NCBI GenBank assembly: GCA_044229845.1
Contig: JBGASG010000001.1
Coordinates: 480,001 to 544,000 of the forward strand
Direction of reading: 5' to 3'
From: Candidatus Obscuribacteraceae bacterium
Lineage (GTDB): Bacteria; Cyanobacteriota; Vampirovibrionia; Obscuribacterales; Obscuribacteraceae
Length of the DNA stretch: 64,000 nucleotides
A program made the position numbers and the translations under genes. The notes under the pieces are model-generated. The model did no database searches and had not been told where the DNA came from. It saw nothing but the letters and a program-made list of their open reading frames with translations. Positions 1-9,988 of the stretch are shown in pieces. The first letter of the stretch is position 1, and each line of letters starts with the position of its first letter.

Positions 1-1
1 G

Positions 2-289
2 GGCATACCGCTGGAGACCGACACCCACGAGGAAGAGGGCGGTCCGACCCACTTCGAGGCAGACGTGGCGGGCGTGCACTTCGCCTTGTTTCCATCTAAA
101 GCTCAGTCTGCGACAGCGACAACCGGCGCGACCATGGTGGGCCTTGAGGTGGACAATCTGGATGAGATCGTACGCGCTCTCGAGTCGCGAGGCGTTCGAT
201 TTAAGACGACACTGCAAGAAACGCCATGGGGTAAGCGCGTGGTGGTGTTCGATCCCGATGGACGCGCCGTCGAAATCTACCAGCCATAG
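2..289 (+). CDS. VOC/glyoxalase-family protein, 5' truncated by window edge
   Basis: Frame is open from the window start (GIPLETDTH...). Typical VOC C-terminal half: VGLEVDNLD...GV....ETPWGKR...DPDGRAVEI. Confidence 0.85.
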   Translation, partial: GIPLETDTHEEEGGPTHFEADVAGVHFALFPSKAQSATATTGATMVGLEVDNLDEIVRALESRGVRFKTTLQETPWGKRVVVFDPDGRAVEIYQP

Positions 290-1524
290 GCGGTCTTCAC
301 GCCGAAGACTTCATTTACCGTTTGCTCGCCGCTCATTTCAGAGACGAATGATTCTGAGCACGCGAGCAAGACCGGATTGCGCGTCAGGATGGCAATTTGA
401 TAGTTTTCCAGTGCCAGGTGACTTTCTTCGTTGAGCACCTTCCACCGGCTTTCGAATCTTTTGTCGAGGTAGAGTTCCTTCAGTAATTTGCAAGACTCAG
501 GACCGCCAGTCGCCATGACATAGGCGAGCAGGGCGCCTTTGGCAGCCGGTCCGATGAAACTGGGAGTTAGTGCTGCGGTAGCCAGAGTCGTCTGAATCAC
601 CTGCGAAGACATGCGTGTAAATTTGCTCTTGTGTCCATACTTATGGAGATGTTTGGTGATCTGATGGAGCACTTCATCGTTATCGAGTGCCGCCTCCAGT
701 ACCAGTTTGCGTTTGATCTGCCGCAGCTGTACGTCCCAGGCTCCCTGTGCGTAAACAGATTCAGGGACGACAATCTCTTTGCTCCAGGCAGCGAGAGTTT
801 CTTTTGTGCGAGTTGCTTCCTGTTCGCCGACCAGCGATTTCAGTGACTGGAAGCCAGAGTCGACAGTCGCGGCGCCTTTTTCCGGGTCGCTCATCCCGAG
901 TCCCATCGCCATTTGCATGACGCTTGATACGACCTTGATGTGTGTTTCGTCGACATGCTTTTGACGCGCGTACTCGGCTGCGGCGCGGCTCTTGACGCTG
1001 ATCTTCTCGCCGGTCACCAGATTGGCGGCTTCGATAGAGGGACCGAAGCCGCGATAGGGAACTATATAATCCGCTGCATCTTTAGTTTGTGCCAGAGCGC
1101 GCTGCGACGCTTTTCGGTAGTGGAATACGGCTTTATCCAGCTGCTTCGCTTGGTCATCGTTGTCCAGAGCTGTCTCCAGCAGTCGCTCCACGGTGCGGGA
1201 GACCGGATTGCCACCATCGCTAGTATTGATGCTGGCGTCCAGTCGCGCTGGCTTCTGTGGATTGAGGAGCACCGGCGCAGTGCTCCTCAAAGTCTTGTTC
1301 AATGTGCTGCTGTCCAACGGCCCCGAGAACGGCAGGGACCAGCTCATAGAAGCCGGTGGCTCCGCAGGTTCTGCGATTTTTGCATTGATGGGAGTTTGGA
1401 ATCCGATCAATACAGGATTCAATGAAGAAAGTTCCTCTTGCGCTCCGGCACCGGATACGGTGCCAGGCAGCAGCAGAGCGACGCAGGCGCCGGCGGACAA
1501 TAAACGTGTGGTTGACTGGTTCAC
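277..1524 (-). CDS. Secreted hypothetical protein, helical
   Basis: 415 aa ORF with a signal-peptide-like N-terminus (RLLSAGACVALLLPGTVSGAGA); no recognised domain. Confidence 0.75.
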   Translation of the reverse strand: MNQSTTRLLSAGACVALLLPGTVSGAGAQEELSSLNPVLIGFQTPINAKIAEPAEPPASMSWSLPFSGPLDSSTLNKTLRSTAPVLLNPQKPARLDASINTSDGGNPVSRTVERLLETALDNDDQAKQLDKAVFHYRKASQRALAQTKDAADYIVPYRGFGPSIEAANLVTGEKISVKSRAAAEYARQKHVDETHIKVVSSVMQMAMGLGMSDPEKGAATVDSGFQSLKSLVGEQEATRTKETLAAWSKEIVVPESVYAQGAWDVQLRQIKRKLVLEAALDNDEVLHQITKHLHKYGHKSKFTRMSSQVIQTTLATAALTPSFIGPAAKGALLAYVMATGGPESCKLLKELYLDKRFESRWKVLNEESHLALENYQIAILTRNPVLLACSESFVSEMSGEQTVNEVFGVKTAYGW

Positions 1525-1964
1525 AGGAGGTTTCCGGGTTGTGCGAGCGGGTTTTGAGGTTCTCTTTGCATGTGCAGCTAAAGAGCAACTGCCGTCTCGT
1601 TTGAGTTATTGAGAACCGGTCTACCGTATCAGATTCCAAGCGAGTGAACTTTGAAGATGACCGCTTTAGAACTTAACTGATTCTATTGTCAAGATGGTTA
1701 ACAACCTCCTTCCTGAGACTGCAATGCCTGCACCGGTTAGTAATTAGGGGCGGCCTTGCAGCCGCCCCACCCGCGCAAAGATTAGCTTTCTTTACTCCCG
1801 CCGCCGCCGCGCCAGGGAAGTGAATTACGGGGCTGTGCACAACTATGCCATTGGCAGCAGTCCTGGTCAGTACGTTGTTGTGCACTCTTGCGAGCGCCAG
1901 TACGCGATCTTCCGAATGAAGCTAATGGCGATTTATCCGGCACTATATATGGTGCTGAGCGCAG

Positions 1965-2927
1965 CTACCTGACGATGGTCGCCGTCCAGTCGCCGCCGTA
2001 TTCGGTTTCGCCTTTCATCACCGGCCCGGCGGAACTATTCGTCACCTTGCCCTGAAATCTGAATTCGCGCGTCGCCGCAGCGCCCGTGCCTTTGAAGTAT
2101 TTGCGAACCAGCGTGATTTTTGGATACGCGTACCAGCCCTTCTCGATCGTGAATTTCTCATTTGTATTCACGTCGATACCATGTCCGGTGACTCGATTGT
2201 TGTCCTGTTCGAGCCACATCTTCATCTTCACTTTTTTGAACTTGAACTCGTACTCGCCGTCGTAGCGTCCGCTTAAATGAGGCGCTTTGCCGTCTGGCGG
2301 ACCTGCATCTTGAGGGGGATTTTCTTCGCGCGGGTTGCCGATCACGCCGGTCAGCGGCTGTTGCGCGGGCGGCGGCGCTGCTGATGACTTGGGAGGCGGC
2401 ATGGCGCCCGGATCAGCCGGGGTAGCCACCCAGTCACCGGAGACAACTTTGCCGTCCGGACCCTGCGTCTGATAAGTCCCTTCTATCATCCAGCCGGTGT
2501 ACTGGGGGTCTTGCAGCCACTTGAGTTCTCCGTCGTAAACAATCGGAGGACGGTCTGCCGAATACTGTTTTGAGAATCGAACGTGGGTGCCCTGCACTGT
2601 CCCTTCAGAAACTGCCCAGGGCGGCCCATTTTCGTCCTGTCCCTGTCCGGCCAGCTGGTCGCCTTGCTGGGCCAGCTCCATGTCGGCCGAGAGTTCTTGC
2701 TCGCCAAATTTGAACGACAGCTTCCAGACTCCCTGGATCTGCGGTGGTGCGCCGCCGGCTTGCTGTTGTGGAACGCCCCCGCCTGTGGTTGTGTTTCCGG
2801 CGCCGGCGGTTTGAGGGCCGCCGGTGCCACCATTTTTGCCCCCAAGACTGATCTTGGTGCAACCTGTAATCAGCGTCACGGCGCTGATTACCACGATGGC
2901 AAGAATTGGGCGACAGTAACGAGTCAT
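1965..2927 (-). CDS. Lipoprotein with two tandem beta-rich domains
   Basis: ATG at 2927 gives MTRYCRPILAIVVISAVTLITGC (lipobox). Gly/Pro-rich linkers separate two similar domains ending GDWVA and GDWTA. Confidence 0.75.
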   Translation of the reverse strand: MTRYCRPILAIVVISAVTLITGCTKISLGGKNGGTGGPQTAGAGNTTTGGGVPQQQAGGAPPQIQGVWKLSFKFGEQELSADMELAQQGDQLAGQGQDENGPPWAVSEGTVQGTHVRFSKQYSADRPPIVYDGELKWLQDPQYTGWMIEGTYQTQGPDGKVVSGDWVATPADPGAMPPPKSSAAPPPAQQPLTGVIGNPREENPPQDAGPPDGKAPHLSGRYDGEYEFKFKKVKMKMWLEQDNNRVTGHGIDVNTNEKFTIEKGWYAYPKITLVRKYFKGTGAAATREFRFQGKVTNSSAGPVMKGETEYGGDWTATIVR

Positions 2928-3055
2928 GGTGTCACAAAATGGAGACGCACCACGACCCATGCTATCAGATTTAGTTGTGCCTTGGTATAGCTTTGCTAGA
3001 CTTACTAGGACAGACAGAGGCAGGGCGGTAAGGTAGGTACATCGTGGCCATTCCA

Positions 3056-3244
3056 ATGAACACGCAGGTCAGTGTTCTTCTTTTGAGCGGCGAAATTGTC
3101 GAGGGCGAAGTGGCGCAGGTCGATCAGGCCACTTACCTGTGTTTACGTCAACAGAAAGAAACTTTGTACGTACCTTGGACTGCCATCAAATGCGTGAAAG
3201 GTCCGGCTCTTCCTGAGCGCGGACTGCCAGGCGCTCTGCGCTAA
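3056..3244 (+). CDS. Small Sm/LSm-fold protein, Hfq-like
   Basis: VSVLLLSGEIVEGEVAQVD...LCL...TLYVPWTAI resembles Sm1/Sm2 motifs. Confidence 0.55.
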   Translation: MNTQVSVLLLSGEIVEGEVAQVDQATYLCLRQQKETLYVPWTAIKCVKGPALPERGLPGALR

Positions 3245-3257
3245 CTATTCCAACGCT

Positions 3258-3680
3258 CTATTCCATCGGCTCGACGCCGTTGATTGCCAGCCATCGCCGG
3301 ACGCGGCTGCGGGCCGCTTCGCCGCGAAATTTGTCCCATCGCGCCAGCTCCTCGGGGTGGTTCTTAAATACCGCCCGGGCTGCGAAAAGTTTTTCACGCT
3401 GTTCCAGAGCTACAACTAACGCACCTTTGATGATTTCATCCTGCACGGTATTAACGAAGTCGCTCAAATCAAGCTCCGTGTGTTTAAGTTCTTGCTTCGG
3501 AATGAAGAGATAACGGCTTGGCTCCAGCTCAATCTCGGTTCGCATTTCTTCGACGTCTTCCAGGTCGTCTTGAATCAGAATGATGCTGCCGGTGTCTTTG
3601 TCCAGGTAGTAAATCGCCTGTTGGTTGTCATCCTGCCAGCAGAAAGTCAGGTAGTTCATGTCGACGAATATTCTTTCCAT
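3258..3680 (-). CDS. UPF0158-family protein
   Basis: YYLDKDTGSI, RYLFIP and the C-terminal W...R......WL..NG pattern. Confidence 0.75.
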   Translation of the reverse strand: MERIFVDMNYLTFCWQDDNQQAIYYLDKDTGSIILIQDDLEDVEEMRTEIELEPSRYLFIPKQELKHTELDLSDFVNTVQDEIIKGALVVALEQREKLFAARAVFKNHPEELARWDKFRGEAARSRVRRWLAINGVEPME

Positions 3681-3689
3681 CGGTGTTCC

Positions 3690-6149
3690 TTAGCGAGAGA
3701 TGTTCAAACAGAGATCGTCCGAGAAAAATCCGATGAAGTCGTGTTTGGAATTCATCGCGATGGCGCGCACGTACACCAGTCCCGGTGCCGGTATATCACC
3801 GATGGGCAGGTCGAACCGCCCCTGCGCACCATCGACCGGAAAGCACTTCCATGTCACACCAGACAGGCTGCTGGAATTGGCTGTGCCAAACGGCCGGTCG
3901 GGCAGAGAAACTTCGAATGTCACCCCGGAGGCATCATGAACAGTGGAGGCATCGTAGGTCAAAGTAACCTTGCCCTTGCTCAGAGGAACCGCACAGAGAC
4001 CCAACTCCGGTGAAGTTGGAAACTTGTAAAAGCCGTTGGCGAAGCGAGTCGCTTCGTTGTCCGGCGGTACGAAACTCAACTTGGGCAAAAGACCGTGACC
4101 GTCGATCACCCCCATCTCCTTGATCGCCACCGTCGAACCAGGTGGAAAGCCGAAGGTCAGCTTCAACAGGGGTCCGTTTGTTGTCCAGCCGATGGTGCGC
4201 AGCGGTATGTAATAACGATGGAAGTCAGTCGACTGGGCATCTACTTTGACAGCCAGTTTCCGCAGGCGAGCATCGTAAAAATCCATTTCATGGGTCTGCC
4301 AGTAGAAATCGATGTTAGCCGGTTCGCCCGGCGTGAGATTGGTAATGCGGGCGTCCAAATACATGAAGTCGCCCTCTAACGGGCTGAGCCCCATGCCGTT
4401 CAGGTTCAAAATCGGTCCAGCCGGCGGCTGGCTGCGCAGCGTTATCGTGCCTTCGGTTTCATCGAGTTTTGCCAGCGGGTTGTGCAGAATGTTCGGCATG
4501 GCGAGATTGCCCAGGTCGACCGCGTTGCGCGCCTGTCCCCAGGCATTCTTGCTGTCCGACAAATCAACTCCGAATACCTTGCGCAGAGCGGCTTGCCAGC
4601 GCCCGGAGGCATTGGCGAACTGACCCTGCCTGTAGGCGTCTTTGAGCCGCCCGCCCGGAACCGCCGGCGAGGACATCAGCATTGTGGCGCCGTCAAAAAG
4701 TGCCACTCCCGAGGTGTTGTAGATCGGTGAAAGCGCGACTGGAGACGGCATGGTGGTAATCACCACATATGGTGCCGATGCGGTGGCGGATAGCTGCTTA
4801 CCGTCCTTCTGTAGTTGGGATACGTCGCGAGCGGCCGACCGCAAGTAATCTTGTTCTTTGAAGACCAGGCGGCAATAAGTGGAAAGCAGCAGCAGGGTTG
4901 CCACCGCGATCAGCGCCTGGTCGACCCAGCCGACAGGCACAGACACGGGGCCCACCATCAATGATTTTTTGCCGGCGAAGCAGATTGTGGCCAGTGAACT
5001 GAAGCCGCTCAAACAAAGGGCCAGCATCAGCGCAAGCGGAGCTGCGCAGGCGTAGAATGCTGCATCTCCGAAGATGCTTTTGTTATCCGGCAGATGCCCG
5101 AGCGCCGGGACCCAGCTGCACAGAAGCCAGAGCATGCTGAACAGGAGAAGCGTCAACAGGCGGCTGCGGCGGATGAGCAGGACGAGCGCCCCAAGCGCCG
5201 CGGGCGCTGTGAAGACGATTATCCACAAATATCTTTTGGCGCCGCCGGTTAAAAAGAGCTGTTCGTTGACCGGCATCAATGTCTTTTTCCAGGCTACGCA
5301 AAGCGCTGCCAGAGATGGTTCCGGGCTTCTGCCCAGGGCCACCATCGCTTCCACCAGCCCGGTGCCCGCGAAATAGGCAGCGGTCAAAATCAAAATCAAG
5401 AGCGGCCCCATCAGGGCGGTGGTCAGGTCTTGTCCGGAGACGCGAGCTTTCTTGCTGCCGGCAAGTTCGCTCTGCACCGGCACGGCTAAAAGCTCGCACA
5501 AGCTGATCACCAGGGCGCCATGCCAGGCATTGGCAGACGACAATAGCGCGCCAAGATAGAGAACCACGGACGCGGCAAGAAACGGCCAGCGTGTGCCATC
5601 GCGTCCAATCAGATAAGTGACCAGGCAGGCGAGCAGGCAAAATGTTGACGTCAGTGCTCCGGCTCCGCCCAGCCACAGCACAGCTTGCCAGGCTAATGGT
5701 GAAGCGAGGAAAATCGATGCTGTCACCAGTGATAGTGCAGTCTGTCTGGTCAACCTGATTGCTATCACCCCCAGACAGCAGGCTGACGCTGTGTGCACCA
5801 GCAAGCAGTGAAACCGCATCAGAAACAGCTGCCCGAAGGCGAAGAAATGGCTCACCTCCAAATAAAGATTGCCGACAACGCCGGTGAGGTCGGCGGGATT
5901 CAGCCCCGACCACGTGATAAATTTCTGAAACGATCCCGGCTCCGTCTGGTCTTTCAGCCAGGCGAGCAGATATTGTTCGTCGAGGAGCGGCGAATTAAAG
6001 ACTGCCCGTCCATAAATCACCAAGGACGCCAGCACCATGATGATCAAGGGCCATAATTGCCGCAGCCTGGCGGCGACGAATAACGCACCACTGGTGGTGG
6101 CATGATCGGTGGTCTGGGCAATTTCCTGGTTGCTGTTGATGGCACTCAC
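3690..6149 (-). CDS. Polytopic membrane protein, probable GT-C-fold glycosyltransferase with large extracytoplasmic C-terminal region
   Basis: Many TM segments in the N-terminal ~430 aa, acidic LLDE motif after TM1, soluble beta-rich C-terminal half. Confidence 0.6.
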   Translation of the reverse strand: MSAINSNQEIAQTTDHATTSGALFVAARLRQLWPLIIMVLASLVIYGRAVFNSPLLDEQYLLAWLKDQTEPGSFQKFITWSGLNPADLTGVVGNLYLEVSHFFAFGQLFLMRFHCLLVHTASACCLGVIAIRLTRQTALSLVTASIFLASPLAWQAVLWLGGAGALTSTFCLLACLVTYLIGRDGTRWPFLAASVVLYLGALLSSANAWHGALVISLCELLAVPVQSELAGSKKARVSGQDLTTALMGPLLILILTAAYFAGTGLVEAMVALGRSPEPSLAALCVAWKKTLMPVNEQLFLTGGAKRYLWIIVFTAPAALGALVLLIRRSRLLTLLLFSMLWLLCSWVPALGHLPDNKSIFGDAAFYACAAPLALMLALCLSGFSSLATICFAGKKSLMVGPVSVPVGWVDQALIAVATLLLLSTYCRLVFKEQDYLRSAARDVSQLQKDGKQLSATASAPYVVITTMPSPVALSPIYNTSGVALFDGATMLMSSPAVPGGRLKDAYRQGQFANASGRWQAALRKVFGVDLSDSKNAWGQARNAVDLGNLAMPNILHNPLAKLDETEGTITLRSQPPAGPILNLNGMGLSPLEGDFMYLDARITNLTPGEPANIDFYWQTHEMDFYDARLRKLAVKVDAQSTDFHRYYIPLRTIGWTTNGPLLKLTFGFPPGSTVAIKEMGVIDGHGLLPKLSFVPPDNEATRFANGFYKFPTSPELGLCAVPLSKGKVTLTYDASTVHDASGVTFEVSLPDRPFGTANSSSLSGVTWKCFPVDGAQGRFDLPIGDIPAPGLVYVRAIAMNSKHDFIGFFSDDLCLNISR

Positions 6150-6221
6150 CGCTGAAAAAGAAAGCTTACAAAAAACGGCAAAAGTGGCGTGCGGTCCTGT
6201 CAGGACGGTACATTATAAGAG

Positions 6222-7448
6222 ATGGCGACAGCGTACCAGAGAATCGTTCACATCCCGCCAGGCATCCGATTTGGCTGCTCAGGTTGCGGCAACTGTTGCC
6301 ACATGTGGCCGGTGCCCCTGACTGCGGAAGACTCGAAGCGTCTGCAGGATGTGATTGTCAGCGAGAGTTTCGGTTTTCAAGAATCGCCATCTTTGCGAGC
6401 CTTCAATTCTCAGGATGAACGCCACGCTGCCTTTACGCACACGCTCGAAAAGCGCGCCGACGGTAAGTGTCAGTTTCTCACAGAGGGCAATCGCTGTCGT
6501 TTGCATGAAGCGGCCGGTGCGCAGGCAAAGCCGTCGATGTGTCAGCTGTTTCCTTATACGTTCACCCAGACGCCGGGTGGCGTGTATTCCTCGCTCAGTT
6601 TTGCCAGCACCGGGGTTCTGTACAATTCGGGCGATTTACTCTCCGAGCAGCGTCAGACCATTGAAGATATGTGGCTTCTATACAGCCGCCTTTTCGGCGA
6701 GATTCGTCCCGACTGGGACAACCTGCAATTAATCGACGCAGTGCCTCTCAAGTGGACGGCTTTCGCTGAGCTGGAGAACGAGATGCTGCGTATCGTAGAG
6801 ACTCCAGCTGAGGTCGGGGCGGGCAGTCTGCCAGTGGAGCAGCGGCTGCTTCGCTGCAGCGCTCATCTGATCAAACATCTGCCCGGCGGTGTCACGGCTG
6901 AGCGCACGCCGCCGCTGGAAGCCAGACCAAAGATAATCGATCAGTTGTTGCTACAGGCGCTGAATGTTCTCTACTTGCCGGACGATGTTTTTGCATCCAA
7001 TCAAACAGCGTTTAACGCCCGCCAGTTGCTGGAGTCTATTGTTGCCGCACCAGATATGGTGACGATCGCGCACGCCGGAAAAGAGCGGCGCTTTCAGGAT
7101 GCGTTCGGTCAGCAGCTGACAGATGTGTCGCCGGAGGTAGAGGCGCTGCTGCATCGATTTGTTTATTGTCGCCTCTTTTCCAAACAATACTTCGGACCGA
7201 CTATGGGTTATCTGAGCCTGCTGGCCGGGCTGCATCACCTTTTGGTGTTGATGGTACTTTTGAAAGTGCGCCTCAAGTTGCAACTGGCAGCCGGAGAGGC
7301 AGTGACATTCGACTATGCTGCCGAACTCTTGCGCACCGCCGAACGTCGATTGACGCAGTTGAGTTTTCCGCGCGAGTCAGCGGCTGTCCTGGAAGTTATG
7401 TTGACCAGTCCTTCGCGGGTGGAGCGGCTGGTCGGACTTTTGAGGTGA
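6222..7448 (+). CDS. YkgJ-family (CxxCxxCC) cysteine-cluster protein
   Basis: CSGCGNCC, CQFL...CRLH...KPSMCQLFP. Confidence 0.85.
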   Translation: MATAYQRIVHIPPGIRFGCSGCGNCCHMWPVPLTAEDSKRLQDVIVSESFGFQESPSLRAFNSQDERHAAFTHTLEKRADGKCQFLTEGNRCRLHEAAGAQAKPSMCQLFPYTFTQTPGGVYSSLSFASTGVLYNSGDLLSEQRQTIEDMWLLYSRLFGEIRPDWDNLQLIDAVPLKWTAFAELENEMLRIVETPAEVGAGSLPVEQRLLRCSAHLIKHLPGGVTAERTPPLEARPKIIDQLLLQALNVLYLPDDVFASNQTAFNARQLLESIVAAPDMVTIAHAGKERRFQDAFGQQLTDVSPEVEALLHRFVYCRLFSKQYFGPTMGYLSLLAGLHHLLVLMVLLKVRLKLQLAAGEAVTFDYAAELLRTAERRLTQLSFPRESAAVLEVMLTSPSRVERLVGLLR

Positions 7449-7455
7449 CGCACGC

Positions 7456-8673
7456 GTGACGGCTGAGCCCGGCAGAGTTCAATCCGAATTGCAGCAGACA
7501 TTCCGTTCGCTGCGCCACCGCAATTTTCGTCTCTACTTCTTTGGACAGATGGTCTCGCTTTGCGGTACCTGGATGCAGGGCATGGCGCTTTCCTGGCTGG
7601 TCTACAAAATAACCAAGTCGGCCTGGCTTCTGGGCGTCTGTGAGTTTGCCAACCTAGCACCAGTTTTGGTGCTGGCTCTGGCCGGCGGCTGGGTTGCCGA
7701 CCACAAAGACAGGCGCAAAGTGCTGATGTGTGCGCAAGCGGTGGCCATGTTGCAGTCCCTGACTCTGGTTGTGCTCTCGGTGACCAATCAGCTCGAGGTG
7801 TGGCAGATTATTGCACTGGCAGCCGTCATGGGCGTGGTGACTTCCTTCGAGATTCCGTCACGCCAGTCTTTGATCGTTAACATGGTGGACCGCGAAGATT
7901 TCGTGAATGCAATTTCGCTCAACTCGTCGCTGTTCAATGGTACGCGCATCATTGCCCCCGCGGTGGCGGCTGCCATCGTTTCGGCATCTGGTGAGACTGC
8001 TTGTTTTGCCCTCAACGCTCTCAGTTATCTGGCATCTTTGCTGGCGCTTTCGCAGATTAGATTGGCACCGGCGGCGGTGCCCGCCGATACTGAAAAAACC
8101 AGTATTATCGACGGTATCAAGTATGCCTGGCAAACGGAATCTGTGCGGTCACTCCTGCGTCTGACGGCATTCATGAGCTTCTTTGGTGCACAGTTTACTT
8201 TCCTGATGCCTGTGATTGCCAAAGATGTCTTGCATCACGGCGTCGATGGATTTGCCGCTCTGCGTTCATTCGCCGGCATCGGCTCTTTTGTATCGGCGAT
8301 AATTCTTGCCAGTCGCGGTTCCGCCCAGATGCTGAATACGGGCGTCGGCGTAGCCGGTCTCTGTTTCGCGGTAGTGCTGGCGGGCTGGGCATTTTCGGTC
8401 GACTTCTACCAGTCATTGTCTTTAGCCCTTCTACTCGGCTTCTGCATGACGTTTCAGCTGTCAGGTACCCACTCCCTCTTGCAGCTGAACGTGCCCGATC
8501 AGTTGCGGGGCAGGCTGATGGCTGTCTGGACTATGTTCATCATGGGCATGTCGCCCTTCGGCTCGCTCTTGGTCGGTGCGATCACCAACCAGTGTGGACC
8601 GGCGGTTTCGCTGGCCATCTGTGCCGCCTTTTGTTTTATCTCGGCGCTGATTTTCGTAGTCTTGAAACGCTGA
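7456..8673 (+). CDS. MFS transporter
   Basis: LRHRNFRLYFFGQMVS..GTWMQ; GWVAD..DRRK motif A; about 12 TM segments. Confidence 0.9.
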   Translation: MTAEPGRVQSELQQTFRSLRHRNFRLYFFGQMVSLCGTWMQGMALSWLVYKITKSAWLLGVCEFANLAPVLVLALAGGWVADHKDRRKVLMCAQAVAMLQSLTLVVLSVTNQLEVWQIIALAAVMGVVTSFEIPSRQSLIVNMVDREDFVNAISLNSSLFNGTRIIAPAVAAAIVSASGETACFALNALSYLASLLALSQIRLAPAAVPADTEKTSIIDGIKYAWQTESVRSLLRLTAFMSFFGAQFTFLMPVIAKDVLHHGVDGFAALRSFAGIGSFVSAIILASRGSAQMLNTGVGVAGLCFAVVLAGWAFSVDFYQSLSLALLLGFCMTFQLSGTHSLLQLNVPDQLRGRLMAVWTMFIMGMSPFGSLLVGAITNQCGPAVSLAICAAFCFISALIFVVLKR

Positions 8674-8752
8674 AATCTGTTTGCGCGGAAGTGGTCTTTG
8701 AGCTAGGGTATGTACTATCAGGTGATCCTCGCACCGCCCGTGGCTGAAGCGC

Positions 8753-9988
8753 ATGTCTGATAGCAGGACTGACAGCAAAAAGCAAATTGTCACCGCCCTC
8801 ACCACGGTGGTGTTGCCCAGTTGTCTCTTGCTTTCGCTTTTGGCTGCCTTCGGTATCGGAGGGTATTACCTCGGCTGTCGACAAAGCGACGTGGGCGAGT
8901 CAGGTTTGAGACAAACCAGCGCCGGTGGGCAAGATTTGCGGCCGACTACGGCTTCGTTGACGGGCGGTGCTGCTTGCCAGATAAACCTCGGAGAACACAC
9001 GATTGCCGACATAGTCAAGAAAACGGCTCCATCAGTGGTCAGCATCGATGTCTCCGCCGATCAGATGCCGGTGGCAGCCGGCGCTCAAATACCCGGACCC
9101 AATTGTCCCGGGCAAGGTGATTATTTCTACGGCAAAGGCATGAGCCCGCATCGCACTCGTTACGAACACAACAGCAGCGCCTCCGGACTGATTTACAGCA
9201 AGGACGGCTACATCATTACGTGCAGCCACGTGATCAAGGACGCCGACAAAGTGAAAGTGATACTGGCCGACAAGCGGGCATTCAAGGCGCAGGTGGTGGG
9301 ACAGGACTCATACTCCGACATCGCGTTGCTCAAAATAAATGCAGCCGATCTGCCGGCTGCCAAACTCGGCGACAGCGCTCAAGTCAGCCCAGGCGACTGG
9401 GCGATTGCCATCGGCACGCCGATGCGTCTGGAAAATACGGTCAGTCTCGGCATTGTCAGCGCCACCGGGCGCACCATTGACGATCCGGGCGCCCGTGCCG
9501 AGCTGATTCAAACCGACGCCGCCATCAATCCAGGCAATTCCGGTGGTCCTTTGATCAACGTACAGGGTGAAGTAATCGGTGTGGCCACAGCAGTTCAGCG
9601 TTTCGCTCAGAACATCGGATTTGCAGTGCCGACGCGCACGGTGAGAAAAGTCGTAGAACAGCTGAAGAAAAACGGCAAAGTGCAGCGTGCCTTCCTGGGA
9701 ATTCACATGGAGGAGATCGACAGGGCTCTGTACGGTGACGCCGACAAGATTGATCTCACCGATGGTGTTTTGATCACCAATGTCTACGACAAAAGTCCGG
9801 CAGCCCAGGCGCATCTCATTTCAGGCGACATCATCAAGCGCATGGACAACCAGCCTGTCCACAAAGTTGCCGATCTGCGGCGAATTCTCGAACAGCACGT
9901 GCCGGGCGACACCGTGGAGTTTCTTGTCCAGCGCCCTCAGGGCGATGTCGTTTGCAAGGTGGTTGTTTCAGACAATCCCTACCCGTAA
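8753..9988 (+). CDS. HtrA/DegQ-family serine protease with one PDZ domain
   Basis: N-terminal TM; TCSHV, SDIALL and IQTDAAINPGNSGGPL triad motifs; C-terminal PDZ (FLGI..SPAAQA). Confidence 0.92.
   Translation: MSDSRTDSKKQIVTALTTVVLPSCLLLSLLAAFGIGGYYLGCRQSDVGESGLRQTSAGGQDLRPTTASLTGGAACQINLGEHTIADIVKKTAPSVVSIDVSADQMPVAAGAQIPGPNCPGQGDYFYGKGMSPHRTRYEHNSSASGLIYSKDGYIITCSHVIKDADKVKVILADKRAFKAQVVGQDSYSDIALLKINAADLPAAKLGDSAQVSPGDWAIAIGTPMRLENTVSLGIVSATGRTIDDPGARAELIQTDAAINPGNSGGPLINVQGEVIGVATAVQRFAQNIGFAVPTRTVRKVVEQLKKNGKVQRAFLGIHMEEIDRALYGDADKIDLTDGVLITNVYDKSPAAQAHLISGDIIKRMDNQPVHKVADLRRILEQHVPGDTVEFLVQRPQGDVVCKVVVSDNPYP

Noticed and set aside
1673..1885. 70 aa minus-strand ORF in the structured intergenic region
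   Set aside because: No SD at its start and an unnatural composition; an RNA-structure explanation fits better.
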